Source: Chrysomallon squamiferum
Lineage: Eukaryota; Animalia; Mollusca
Reading direction: 5' to 3'
Assembly: GCA_012295275.1 (NCBI GenBank)
Contig: CM022675.1
Coordinates: 10,788,001 to 10,852,000, forward strand
DNA length: 64,000 nt
Shown piece by piece: positions 13,514 to 28,577 of the stretch. The position numbers and the translations under genes were made by a program. Position 1 is the first letter of the stretch. Every line of letters begins with the position of its first letter. Below the pieces are notes generated by a model. That model was not told the DNA's origin, did not search any database, and saw only the letters and a list, made by a program, of their open reading frames with translations.

Positions 13514-14323
13514 CTGCTCCTATTACTGCCTCTACAACAACAACAACTACTACTACAATTATTATGAATTCTGGTAATACTACGAGTACTACTATTACTA
13601 CCACTATACCACTACTATCGTTACCATTACTTGTGCTCGTGCTAGTACTACTATACACATATATATCCCTTATATATACATATATATCCCATGAAAGTGT
13701 ACTAATGGATGTAAGTCTAATGCACGTCTAGGTCGTATGAACTCTTAAGTTATATTTAGATTTAAGCTTACGTAGATGACTGTCACATGCAAATATTGGT
13801 CTTCTATTAACTTAGGTAATTATATAAAATATGTAAAACTTAGAACATATGCAGAGTCAAGTCATATGGTAGATTTAGCTAATATTGAGAACAGATAGTC
13901 TTAGGCACTGATTTTGTACACTAATTCTTCAATAGATTTATGTCATACATTTAGTGTTACATTTGATCTCAAGTCGTATGTTGACTTTGGATCTTAAGCC
14001 GATCAAGGTCACATTTTTGAGTTATATGCAGATGTGCGTGGTATGCACGATATTGCACTCTTAAAGGTACCCGGTTATCAGACAGTGTAATGATAGAAGT
14101 GATGGGTTATTAGTAAATCACCGTGAAATGGACTCGGCTTGAACAATCACTTTTCGTTTCGGTGTAAACAGGAAGACGTGGCTATCATTACACGGATTAA
14201 AATAAAGTAAAGTAACGTAGCGAGGTGATTAACCAGTTACGTGAAACATCGCAAACACTGCGTAATGAAACACTACGTTATTTTTTTTAAATTTAGTAAC
14301 ATTCTTTCAGTGCAGACGTGAAC

Positions 14324-14379
<56 letters not shown>

Positions 14380-14491
14380 GACATACAAATAATTAATTAA
14401 ATAATAATATATACAACATACAACAAAAAATGCTGTAATAATAAATATACGCATACATATACATATACATGTATGTATGTCTCTGTGTGTT

Positions 14492-14531
<40 letters not shown>

Positions 14532-15030
14532 AATATATATATGTAGGTGTGTGTGAATATAGCTATATTTGTGTATAGAGATAAATAGGTATAGATATAG
14601 ATGTATACATGCATGCACACATACACACATACAGACATATATTCATACATACAAATATATGCACACACATGCATACATCTATACATAAATACATACAATA
14701 CACACCAACATCCTTATAAATATCTACGTACAGATTTACATATACGTATAGATATAATTAAAACAGAATAAATAAAGAAAATGCAAATGATACACGATTC
14801 ATTTCCAATAACAGCAGAAAGCTTTAAATCATTTTCAGAACAAAAGCGTACACAAATAAATAAAAATAAATTTCAACATACTTACATTTGCTTTATAATT
14901 GTTGTGTTTAATTTTTTTTTCCATTCCGGACTTCCTCTTTTCGCGGTTACGAAATATTCTGCGTAGTCGAGATGAATCAATTTGTTACTACCTGGTACAG
15001 GTATGTCTAATGCACTAGTGACAATACTCC

Positions 15031-15073
<43 letters not shown>

Positions 15074-15638
15074 AAAAAAAAAAAGAAAAAGAAAAGAAAA
15101 AAAGAAGAAGAAAAAAAAAAATATATATATAACAATACAGATCGAAAAGAATGATTTTAAAATGTAGGTAACCTTAGCTTTCTGTGTGTTTAGCCCGGTC
15201 GTATTAGTTACTTCAACAAAGCCGCTGCAGATTGTGATACAAACCTACCTCCTGTTGTGTTCTTCTTCCCACGGTTCCGGGCCAGTAGCCACGCAACGAG
15301 AATCGTTCTCCCCGATTTAAATAATGGACATTGTACACGAAGTTTTTACTGCTTGCACGGGAGACTTACAGCACGACGGTCGGATCGAATTTCTGTCAGA
15401 AAATCCCGAGTTTGTGCGACAGTCTACGGGTGAGTTTCACTTCACAACAATAGCGATTATTTTCCAGCGACGCAGTTGGGATCAGATGTCTTCGTATATA
15501 ATTCAGGTACTCTTTTTTAAAAAAAAAAAAAAACAACAAAAAAAAAAAACATTTTATTTATTTATTTTGTATTTAATATTTTAAAAGTTTTAATTTAAAA
15601 AAATAAAAAAATTTAATTATTTTATTTATTTTAATGGG

Positions 15639-15676
<38 letters not shown>

Positions 15677-16339
15677 TTTTGACGACAGAAGGTTTTGGCG
15701 TCTGCGAATGTGTTAACTGTTTGACCTAGTTTTGCAACATTTGACGTCATACTTTTTTTCTTCTTTTTTTTTTGTGTCGTCTGCTCGCATTGCCGGTTTT
15801 ACATAACTTTATGTTAATGTTTAATAAGTTTGTTTTTTTGTTGTTGTTTTTTTGAAAAAAAAAAAAAAGAAAAGAAAAAGAAAAAGAAAGAAAGAAAGAA
15901 AAAGAATGCTTGATATTTAACACTAGCTCCTTAGCGTCGATCTCTTTTTTTTTTTTTTTTTTTTTTTTTTTATTCGTATCTGTCTGATAAATTTTTGAGT
16001 ACATTTGGGTTTTAGTTTCTGCATACAGTTTGTGAACGTTGGCAAAACCACCTGCTCTGGCCTATTTAATATTTATATCATTATTAATAAACAAAATGCA
16101 TTATTATTGCGTTTGCTTAATGTTTAACCTGAATCAGAAGTGTTGGATGCGATGATTATGGGATGGATTTTCTGTAAAATGTACAATATTCTGTTTTACC
16201 ACTAATTTAGTAATATCCTCAAAAAGGACGAGTTACCTTTCTTCGTATCAGTACATAATTATTGTTTATATTATTTCTCCTTTTCCTTCTTCTACTGTTG
16301 TTGTCGCTGTTGTTGTTGTTGTTGCTGTTGCTGTTGTTG

Positions 16340-16379
<40 letters not shown>

Positions 16380-16550
16380 TGTTATTATAATTCGAGACTG
16401 CTATCATTGCAAAAGTAAAAATGATTCATAAGTTAATTAATTAATGCATATATATTTATGTGCTTATGCATGTTTGTATGTATGTATGTATGTGTGTATT
16501 AATGTATGTGTATGCACGTATGTATATAGGCATATGTCTATGTACGTATA

Positions 16551-16630
<80 letters not shown>

Positions 16631-16836
16631 AATAATAATAATAATTAAATGCATATGTATGTATATGTATGCACATATGTATATAGGTATAGTTCGTACG
16701 TATATATATAAATAATAATTTAAAAAAAAAAATGCACTTATATATGTTTGGATGAATGCAGCAATACATTCTGGCTGTACGTACACATGCACTAATAAAA
16801 ATTACGCATGTATGCATGTACGCATGCATGCACACA

Positions 16837-16888
<52 letters not shown>

Positions 16889-17215
16889 ATTTAAAAATAC
16901 ATACTGATACACAAACTTGCGATAGCCGAACGTCCATGTAAGAAAAGAAATTTTTCCTATGAGGTAATTGATAATCGAATGACGTCACAACTGTTTGTTT
17001 GTTAATACGTAAGGGAAAGCCCTTTTCACTCGCCGTCATTTGCATACGACATGATAAAATCATCGAATACGACATTTCAGGAAAGGGTAAGTATAGTTTA
17101 AATAGCATTATTAATGCAGTATTTGTTTTAGCCATTAAATAAATAAAATAAATGAGAATTAAATATATATATTATATATATATATATATGTATTTATATT
17201 ATCTTTGTGTGTGAG

Positions 17216-17286
<71 letters not shown>

Positions 17287-18435
17287 CAAGCTCTTAAATT
17301 AACGTAATTTCAGGATATTTCAAAGATTTGAACAGGATACTAAGAAATCGTTAGAACAGAAAAAAAAAAAAATAGTTCAAAGCATGCATCAAGGTTTAGC
17401 GATTCTGATAAATATCTCCCAGATTAAACAATAATCTCCTCCTAATCTTCAAAACTAAAATTTTTACGGGTACACAGAAGCCGGTTGCATAATCCCACAG
17501 TTACGGATGGATCTTCTCTCTCAAACAAAACGAAATAACTGATGGGGGGGGGAGGGTGAGACCTTATTTATATTATCAGGTAACTCGAATCAAGGTGCTG
17601 CTTCAAGGACATTAACGAAACAATTTCCAGACGGGGTCAAATCGTGACCTTTTGTCTGACCTTTCCCGTCAGCCAATGAGATGTAAGAGATACAGTTATT
17701 TCAGCGGCAGTGATATGAGGGAATCACCGAGTTAATAAATTTGCATGCAGCTTTGTAGGGACAAAACCACAGGCTGACAACCCGAACTATCTGTGAAGTA
17801 AATGTGAATCCCAAACTGAAGACTGCCGGTATGTATCTGATAAGATACGATAAGTAAGTAAATAAATAAATAAATATGTATGTGTGTGTGTGTGTGTGTG
17901 TGTGTGCATGTATGTATGTGTGTATGTATGTATGTATGTATGTATGTTTGTATATGTGTGTGTGTGTGTGTGTGTGTTGTGTGTGTTTTGTGTGTGTGTG
18001 TATATATTCACACATACATCCTTAAAAACATAATAAAATAAATAATAAATAAAAAAAAGACCCCCAGAAAAAAAAAAAAAAAAAATGAAAACAAAAGCCA
18101 CAGAAAAAAAACAACAACAACAAAATAACAACAACAGCAGCAGCAATAAAGAAACAAAACAATTAATACATACATTTATCATTAACCATTAGTTCATTTT
18201 ATTGTTCATTTCTTTGTTTGCTTTATACGTGTAGTGAGAGAGAGAGAGGGGGCAGATCATGTGACGTCATTTAATGGGTTACTCTTACCGAACAGCGGGA
18301 AACGATCTTTCATTTGCACTTACCCATAGGCAGCATGTATATGTGAATATTGCCTTTATAGCTGGAACGGGAGAAACAAAACGAACATACAACGTAATTA
18401 ATGAAAAGCAACCTAAAAAAAAACCAAAAAAAAAT

Positions 18436-18472
<37 letters not shown>

Positions 18473-18618
18473 AATATAAAAATAATAAAAAATAAATAAA
18501 TAAATAAATGTTCGTAATAATAATAGTCTATGAAAAGGTGCGCACTCGATATTCCTTGAATTTTTATACTATCTTAGCATCTTACATACCTTCGACAAAC
18601 ATTTTTAATAATGAAATG

Positions 18619-18800
<182 letters not shown>

Positions 18801-19162
18801 CAGACTGTTGCGCAATATAATAAGGATATTTGTGACAGCAATGGGCAATCCTTTTCAGTAATTTGCATAAGTTCGTAAATTTGAGAATGATCTCATACTA
18901 GTTTCATATTTATTCAAATCTGCGCAGTTTAATTGTAATTAATGCGCTGCAGTTAGTTTATTACATCTTTGTATTAATTATGCAGATCACACAGTACAAT
19001 AGCAGTAGAAGAAGTTAAAGGATGTCAGATTGAAATATTATGCATAGCAATATATCAAGCGATGAAAAGGTTCTTGATTGGTGAAGGTTGTTATTTCACT
19101 GTAAAAGTTATTCTTAACAAGCAGACATTTGATGATGCATTTTCGTATATAGAATCACGTTA

Positions 19163-19252
<90 letters not shown>

Positions 19253-19324
19253 TCACAGAAGGAAGGAGAGAGAATAAAACAGAAAGAACGAAGAAAAGAT
19301 AGAGAACACAGAAATAGTATATTG

Positions 19325-19542
<218 letters not shown>

Positions 19543-20063
19543 GAGAGACAGCGATCTTTCAGCTAAAAGCTTCGTCTTATTATTTTTTTCAGTTCATCTT
19601 TGTTGTGTTTATTCAGACTCAGCTCCGATAACGTTTTTCCCATGTACTCCGCAGATTGGCGGGATGAACACATTAATCAAGTCAATTATTTTCAAAAAGT
19701 TTACAGTGCCGACGTTCTCATTACCTGCATCGTCTTTGAAATCAAAGACTGTCAGCTAATCTTGAGTTAGGTGAAATGCTTAATCTTTTAACTCTTCGTC
19801 AGTGTAGGTCTGGTTAAGACCAGAAGGTAATGAGTTCGTGTCTCGTCACTGAAGTGATTGTAATAGGCAGCTAGAAAAATCAAAAAAAAAAAACAAAAAA
19901 AAAAACACGATCAGTTTTTTTCATTTGGCCGTCATCACTGGCATTATCTTTGCATCATCTTTGAAATTTCACCCAGAAGTAAAAATATCTTTTATTTAAA
20001 ACTGATACTTTCTTCTGTACACATTGTTAAGAAAAAAGATTTATCTAATTATCTTTCTCTGAA

Positions 20064-20096
<33 letters not shown>

Positions 20097-20105
20097 GTCT
20101 CTCTA

Positions 20106-20197
<92 letters not shown>

Positions 20198-20752
20198 TCT
20201 ATGTCTATTTATTTCATTTTTCTATCTATGGTATCTTTTTCTATCTTTGTTCTTTCTCTATCTATCTCTATCTATCTACCTGTAGTTGTATATATTGTCT
20301 CAGTTTATTTTATTTATCTGTCTGAAAGTTTATTTCACTTTTTTTTGTTCCTTTTTCGCTTTGTTCTTTTCTTCTCTCTCTCTCTGCCTGATTATCTGTC
20401 TGTGTGTTATCTTTGTCTGACATATATTGTTTCTTTGTTTTTTCCTTTTTTTTTTTTCTTCGTTTTTTTTTTTTTTTTTATCTCTTTCTCTATCTCTCTC
20501 TGTCTGTCTGTCTCATCTTTTTTTAATATTCATACCTACATATATTTACATATATTTAACATATTTCAAGGAAAATCAGAAATACATCATTGAAACATTA
20601 AGCTCTGAACGCTACTCCGATTTTACAAATTAAAAGAACAACAAAAAAACAGACAACAAAAAAAAAAAAAAAAAGAAAAGAAAAAAGAAACAACCCCTGC
20701 AACAAACAATACAACAACAACAACAAAAATTAAAACAAATTAAAAAAATAAC

Positions 20753-20850
<98 letters not shown>

Positions 20851-21338
20851 ACACACACAAAGTGACTTTAGTTATCAACATGACTTTAGTTATGACACAC
20901 ACACGCAAAAAAAAAAAAAAAAAAAAAAATGAAAAAAATGTCCCCATGCCATACAGTGTTACAAATGTATTATCTCCGTCTCACAATTCGTTCTAGTGAT
21001 AAATAACTCATTTGAGTACCTTGCAGTTGCACTGAAACAGAACAGTTCACTATTGTAGATAATGGCATTGAAAAATAATTATGGGTTAAATGTCACGGAT
21101 TCTGTGCATATCTATCTGCATAATATGAACATTATTGTTTGATGTGAACTGGTACATTGGCATATTTAATTAACAGAGTCTCACGGTTTTGTGAAAATTG
21201 CGCAACAACTTCTAAAAATAATCTCATGGTTTAGGTATGTTGATATGATACGAAATAAAGTCAGATTTCTTAAAATTTGCAAGGAAATGGTTAAAGTACA
21301 TTCTGTATATTTCTTAGTTATGTTTTCAAAAAGTACAT

Positions 21339-21370
<32 letters not shown>

Positions 21371-22658
21371 TGTTTATTTACTTGAATAAAGAAAAAAAAA
21401 AGAGCATAAAGAAAAAGGGGTCGTTTAAATAGGCAGGCGCTGTCATGTTTGTAGTTATGACGTAATCTAAAAATTATAGTCCGATATGTATGATAAGGTA
21501 TATAGGTATATTATACCGAGTGCGTTTATGAAATTATGCAGTTCTTCCTATTTTAATTATTTGTTTTTAATTGCGAGTTTGTTATGAGAATAAAAAATAA
21601 AAATAATAAAAAAATAATACAAATCTACATACATACTATACTACTACTACTAGTACTACTAAATAATGATATCTCTAAATTATTACTATTACAGTACCGA
21701 TACTATTAAATTAATCTTACTACTTCTACGACTTCTACACCACCACCATCTGTAATTATTACCACAGTTTTAGCTGAGTTACGCTTTCTGCTACTGCTGT
21801 TAAAACAGCTACTACTACTACTATTACTATTGCTAGTAGTAGTAGTAGTAGCAGCTGTAGAACAACTGCCAGTTACTACTATTAACACCATTATCATCAC
21901 GGCTAATAACAATAACAAAAAGAACAGCAGCAATAACAACAGCAGCAGCAACAACAACGACACCAGCAACATTATTAGAAGAAAAAAACGTGTTTCTAGA
22001 AATATTCTTATTTAATATTACAGATGTGTGGCTTGTAGTTGTCTCAGTTTGTTTGAAGTGATTATTTCTTCTTTTTCTTCTTCTTCTTCTTCTTCTTCTT
22101 CTTCTTCTTCTTCTTCTAACTGTTGCTGTTGTTGTGATTTGTTTCTTAGCGTTGTGAATTACTAGCAAGCATTACAGGTCTTCTAGCCCAAGGGAGACAA
22201 CCACCTAAGTATCAATAATCTCAGTATTTTCACGATTTACTTTTTTCATTTAGCTGGTTATTTCCCTTGGACTGAACTGTAATAGTTTTGTTTATTGCGT
22301 TTTATACACATCCGTAGCACAGCAAATGAAGTGGAAATGTGTTTTGATATTAAAGAAAATCTCTGCTTCTTTATTTTTCTTTCCTTTTAACCTTTTCTTC
22401 TTTATCTTGTTATAATTAGTAGTGGTGCTGGTATTAATATCAAATTCAGTATTAATATATGTAGTGGTAACACGTTAGTGTTAATAGTTGTGGTAGTAGT
22501 AGTAGTACCGAAGTGGTGGTAGTAATAGTAGTATTGTAGTTACGGTAAGAGTGATTGAAGTAGTAGCTGTAGTTGTAGTTATAGTAGTATCAGTAGCAGG
22601 ACTAGTAAAAATAGCTCGATTTATGTAATCTAGTGGCAGTTTTCAACTGATAGGACAC

Positions 22659-22735
<77 letters not shown>

Positions 22736-22747
22736 GAGAGAGAGAGA

Positions 22748-22871
<124 letters not shown>

Positions 22872-23537
22872 AAACATTTCTCGTCAAACTTAAGTCAGAT
22901 AATTATTTCTTTTTCTTTTCACTCACGTACACCTCTTACACAATAATCAAACTGGTAAAATACAAAACACAATTATTTCACAGTACAAAATAAGTGCTCA
23001 TAATAATTAATATTTGATCGGCCAAATATAGCATCGCTATGCTTTTGTTGTTAAGAAACACTTCGCTCTGGAAAATAATTTTAAATGGCTTGACATGCAA
23101 AGAAATTAATCATGTCCAGTTTAGAAACTAAAAACAGTTCTTCGTGACCGTGAAAAGAAGGGAATTTTATTTTTATTTATAACGCTTTCCTGTTTACAGT
23201 ATCTATGTCATTCTGCGTAAAGAGCAATGTAACAAATGTGACCAGGTGTGCTAAGACGAAAAACTACAGCAGGTTTAATATCTAGTTCTTACATCCAGGT
23301 GACACACGTAAATACGTAAATACGTAAATACCTGTATTATTATATCACTCGCTTTTTTAGATATATACACACATACATGCGTGGATACATACATACATAC
23401 ATACATACATACATACATACATACATACATACATACATACATACTTACATACATACATACATTTATACATATAAATAGACACATACATGCATGCATATAT
23501 TTATTGATAGATAGATACGTACATACATAATTATATG

Positions 23538-23576
<39 letters not shown>

Positions 23577-24569
23577 GTATAAATAAATATTTCTTCATTT
23601 CCTTTTTTTTTCTTTCTTTTGTCTCCAAAATGCATTGGATGAGAGAAGGAAAACATGACAATAGTCTGAAGAAGAAGAAAAATGAAGAAAAAAAAAAGAA
23701 TACATGTTTGGATATCGTGAATACGGTTATGTATTTTATTAAATAAGTGACTCACTTCTTTACATAGAAATTGCGTAGCCCAATGACTAGAGCTTGTAGT
23801 AACTTTATTAGTGTGATTATTTTCATATCAGAGCACACAAAAGAGGAAAGAAAACATGATTCCATAAAGATCATATTTAAGAAGGCAGCTGATCTTGTGT
23901 TTTGTTATTAAAATAGGTTTTTATCTTTTTGGGGTGCGGAGGGTTTCTGTTTGTGTGGTTTTTTTTCCGATATATTTTCTTTTAACCTTATATTTTTACA
24001 TTTATTTTATTGAATTTTGATACACAGTATTTTCTTTCTTCTTTGTCCCTTGTTATTCGATTCGATGATGTCTTCTTTGATTAATTTATTCTAAGATCTC
24101 ACACATTTTCCATATCATTTTACTCGCAATTTGTATTCAAGATGGCGTTTCAAAGTCTGTGGTACGTGTTTTCCTGTTATGAGTAACAAACGCATACAGA
24201 TACATAACTTGCTGCTATTTGAGAATGCGTATTTGTTTTTTTTTGGGTTTTTTCTTAAATTCTTTTATTATTTATATCCTTCTTAGCGATAAGTATGGCG
24301 ATTAACTAAACATGCGGATAAAAAAAAATGTTTTAATGCGCCAATAAAATATAATTTTTTCTTATACAGCTATAAAATTATAGAATTATACAACCACACA
24401 CAACTCATGCAGTTAGATATAATACGGAGGCACGTATTCATATTCTGTCATGAAGTCTTGCAGGCACGTATGCAAATAACATCATACACTGAACACAGGC
24501 ACACTGGCACACTGACACACCCAGACCTTCAGCTGTATGATGCATACATGCTCGGAAACAGAAATAATT

Positions 24570-24725
24570 CATATGCAGCCAATAGAGATTCAGAGGCAGA
24601 GGGATGATTGGCTATGCTGGGACAAAGCGACGGAATATAGGTCCGTGAATTTACAACTATGCATGCACGCATGCACACACACGCACACACAGGCATTCAT
24701 CTAGCAGTACAGCAGTGTATCTCTT

Positions 24726-24791
<66 letters not shown>

Positions 24792-25200
24792 CCCCCCCAC
24801 CCCTTCCCTCCCATTCCACAGAGGTTACCCAAAAGCCAGCCGAAGCCGTTCACGAATCAAAAATCGTTGATTTCATATGCAGGCAGGTTGAACATTTGTT
24901 TGGCAATAAAACTCGTATGAATAAAACTCGTAAATTACGACTGAGACAGGCTGTCTGAAAAGGCGAAGGCTTCGGACATTTTCTATAAATTACCCGACGA
25001 CCGGCTCAAGCTTCTCGCGACACGTATTGATCTGAAAACCCACTAAACGCACGGGCCCGTTGTTAATTTCTGACAGTCCCTCGCAGATTTATGGCAAACG
25101 GAAGATGTTTTCGTGCTCACGTGCGAAATCTGGCCCAGTCGGCGGATTTAGACCATCCAAGGCGACATGGCAAAAGCATTAGACTCGTGTTTTTTAATTT
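24570..25200. promoter_or_regulatory. Candidate promoter/enhancer: double CCAAT box plus homeodomain-site island
   Basis: AGCCAATAG (CCAAT at 24579-24583) and TGATTGGCT (ATTGG at 24607-24611) on opposite strands. A CpG-rich block follows with a duplicated AATAAAACTCGTA (24905, 24920), plus CTATAAATTAC and GATTTATGGC. Confidence 0.45.
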
Positions 25201-26103
25201 TTAATTTTTTTTTTTAAATTCAAAGGTAAATCGCATTAAAAGGTAATGCTTAAAACATTTTTTTTTTCTCTCTCTTTTTTTTTTTTTTTTTTTTATCTCG
25301 CGAGTAATTATCGGACATTTCAGAGTTAAAGCTTTGACAGTATTTGAAATATTTTCTTTGAAGAAAACGGTGGACGTCGTTGCGAGAGCTTTTTATTTAT
25401 TCTCGTGGTAATGAATTTATCAAGCTGTTGATGATTTTTTTTTTTTTTTCTTGATTTTTCTTCTTCATTTTACTATCAGGACGTGCAAGTTAGTATTTTA
25501 CTCGCTTGAAAATCAGCCTTTGTCGTAAAAAAAAAAAAAAAAAACATTTATTTGAAAATAAGACAAATTATAAAAAACTTTATTTAAAAAAGAAGAAAAA
25601 AAAAAATGTCCTAATAAAAATTGCAAATTATTACGTCATCAACTGTATCAAGTTTAACGTAATCGTATATCAAGACGGTCATGCTTTCGCAAAATTGAAA
25701 TGTTAATTAGAGTTATTTCCCGTTGACCTATGTCTGTTTTGTAACAAAACTGATCAGATGAAATACCATTAAAAAAGTATTACAATTTTAGTCACGTTAA
25801 AATTAGTCACGTTGGAAGTATACGGTGGATGTTTATGTCAGTTTAATTATAAACGATGAAACGAAAGCGAGAAATGAATCAAAACATAAATGTATAAATT
25901 ATTATTAATTTTTTTTCGCTACATGACACACTAACATAATTACAATCGTCACGATATTAAAACAAAAATTATTATTAAAATGACTTCTACTATTACTACT
26001 ACTACTACTGCTATTACAACCACTGCCACTGTTCAGCCAACACCACCACCACCACCACCACCATAACCACCACCACCAACAACAACAACAACTACTACTA
26101 CTG

Positions 26104-26134
<31 letters not shown>

Positions 26135-27110
26135 AATTACTGTTGATGCCGCTGTTTCTGCTATTACTACAGTTATACTACAATAACACAAACTAGTAAT
26201 AGTCCAAATACAACAACTACTACCACTACTACTACCACTAATATTACTACAACAGATACTACCACTACTATTACTCCTGCTGCTATTGCTGCTGCAGCTA
26301 CTATTACAAATGTTACCAATAACCCTGAGACGATGTTTACAACAACTGCAAACAATAACAGCAACTACATTTACTTCAACTAGATTTAACAACCGCAAGA
26401 GTATAATAATCACAACGTAAGAAAACTCAGCGCAGATAACAAATACAAATGTACATTGCCCATTCCTAATGGAATTCCTGCAAATTGTAGCAGAAACAGA
26501 CACAAATTAAACAGCAAAGAGATAAATAACAATGAAATAAACAGATAAATAACAATACAGTAACCACCTATCTAACTAAAAATAACTAACCAAATAAATA
26601 AATAACGAAAGAATGAATGAATGAATAAAAGGTTATTGTTATTATTATTTTATTTCCATTATACATTTTTTTTCTGTTTCTAGATACAGTAATGTCAAAC
26701 ATTAATGCAAGCTTATATAAATAAATAAAAAATCAAAAAAATCACGAATAACAATAACATTAAATTATTGAACACACTACCGAACAAATTCTGGCAACAA
26801 GAACATTTCTGAAAGTCAGTACGGTTCAAGTGAACAATTATTTACGCTTGCTTAAGTGAGATTATTTCTGTATTACAAAATCAATAATCAATATATAAAG
26901 AATTATTTAACAAACTGTAATTATGGGAAAAAGACAGCAGAGCAAATACAGCGTGACTCGACGCAGAATTGATAACCCGTCGAGGCATCGGTTCAAATCG
27001 GTACATTTTCACGCTGCATTAACGATTACCATTCTGGTTTATTTATTTCTTCATTTGTTTGTTTGTTTGTTTCTTTTTTTTTTTTTTTTAATAATTTTTA
27101 ATTTTTTTAA

Positions 27111-27141
<31 letters not shown>

Positions 27142-27608
27142 TTGTTTGTGCATATTTCATTTTTTCTTTCTCTTTTTTACTTTCTTCCATTTTCCGTTTT
27201 CGTTCCTTTCATTATTTCTTTTTTTTTTTTCTCTTTTTTTTTCTGTACATTTCTTTGACATCTTCATCTTCTTTCTGTCTTTCGTTTCTAAAGAAAAATA
27301 AACCATAACAATTATACAGGAGCATTAGCAATTGCAGTAGTAGTAGTAATAATAATTGTAGTAGTAGTAGCAGTAATAATAATTGTAGTAGTAGTAGTAC
27401 ATGAGTTTGTCTCATCATCCATTCATCTATGTATTTATCTGTTTTCTTTTTCTGAGTATTAATGCAAGTATTTTAAGATCATAACAACATATGTTTTACG
27501 TTATTAGTAAACGGTGTAAGACTATTACTTTAGCAAAACGTAATTAGTGAAGGAATCTCAAAGGTATGTTCTTGACATAGTAATAAAATCAACGATTATC
27601 TCAGCACT

Positions 27609-27725
<117 letters not shown>

Positions 27726-28223
27726 CTCTCTCTGTCTCTCTCTCTGTATAATTAAGTTTACAAAAACAAAACAAAAAAAAAAATAAATCCTTCTCTTTAT
27801 TCCTCGCGGTTGAAAAAACCCGTCACAGTTTTATTTTTTGTTGTTTTTTATTTTTCATTCCTTCGTCTTACCCACTTCATCAGCAGCGGCCGAAAAACCC
27901 GCCCGTCTCAGCAACATCGTATCTGGAAGATTATTTGTTTTGTATTTGTTATGAAACTCGATACCTCTGAAGGCAAATTAGCCTTGCTTTTGCAAGCACC
28001 GCTGTCTGTGTTTCAGCCATCGTCGTCCATAAAGCAAACGGCTTCAGTGAAGACATGGATTCTGTTTGAGGCAGGGAAAAAAAAAAAAAAAAAAAAATCT
28101 ATTCATAACGATGATAGATGTCTTGCTCAAGTCTAAATCACTCTGCTATACTCCTTTACTCTCGTCGTCAAGACCAAGAAAAATGAAAAACAGAAATGCA
28201 TAACAAAACAAAGAGTCGTGTTC

Positions 28224-28269
28224 GGGAGGGGTGGGGTGGGGAGGGGTGGGGTGGGTGCGGTGGGGGGGG
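28224..28269 (+). other. G-quadruplex-forming tract
   Basis: GGGAGGGGTGGGGTGGGGAGGGGTGGGGTGGG...GGGGGGGG: eight runs of 3 or more G, mostly with 1-nt loops. Confidence 0.6.
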
Positions 28270-28456
28270 TGATGGTGGAAGGAATGATGGGACGAGTGAG
28301 TGAAGAGAGAAGAGTAATAATGAAGAAAAGAGTTTCGTAAAGAAAAACTTTAGAAAAAGAAAGACTTTGTTTAAAGAATAATAATATGTGCGTGATTGAA
28401 ATCGAAGAAATGGAAGAAAAGAAAATAATGATAATAAATAAATAATAAAAAAGTAA

Positions 28457-28502
<46 letters not shown>

Positions 28503-28504
28503 TA

Positions 28505-28577
<73 letters not shown>

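Noticed and set aside
14985-15005. TACCTGGTACAGGTA as a miR-993 or miR-10 family relic
   Set aside because: Only a short near-palindrome, with no match to a full mature sequence and no precursor stem.
17073-17092. Plus-strand 6-nt microexon TTTCAG|GAAAGG|GTAAGT
   Set aside because: The polypyrimidine tract is weak and no plus-strand host gene is evident. It cannot be supported without RNA data.
19800-19852. tRNA/SINE-like fragment with loose A- and B-box resemblance (also ~23773-23795)
   Set aside because: No cloverleaf, the boxes are degenerate, and there is no tail or TSD. At most an unrecognisable SINE remnant.
20863-20895. 18-bp tandem duplication TGACTTTAGTTAT
   Set aside because: Two copies between microsatellites; most simply a local slippage duplication.
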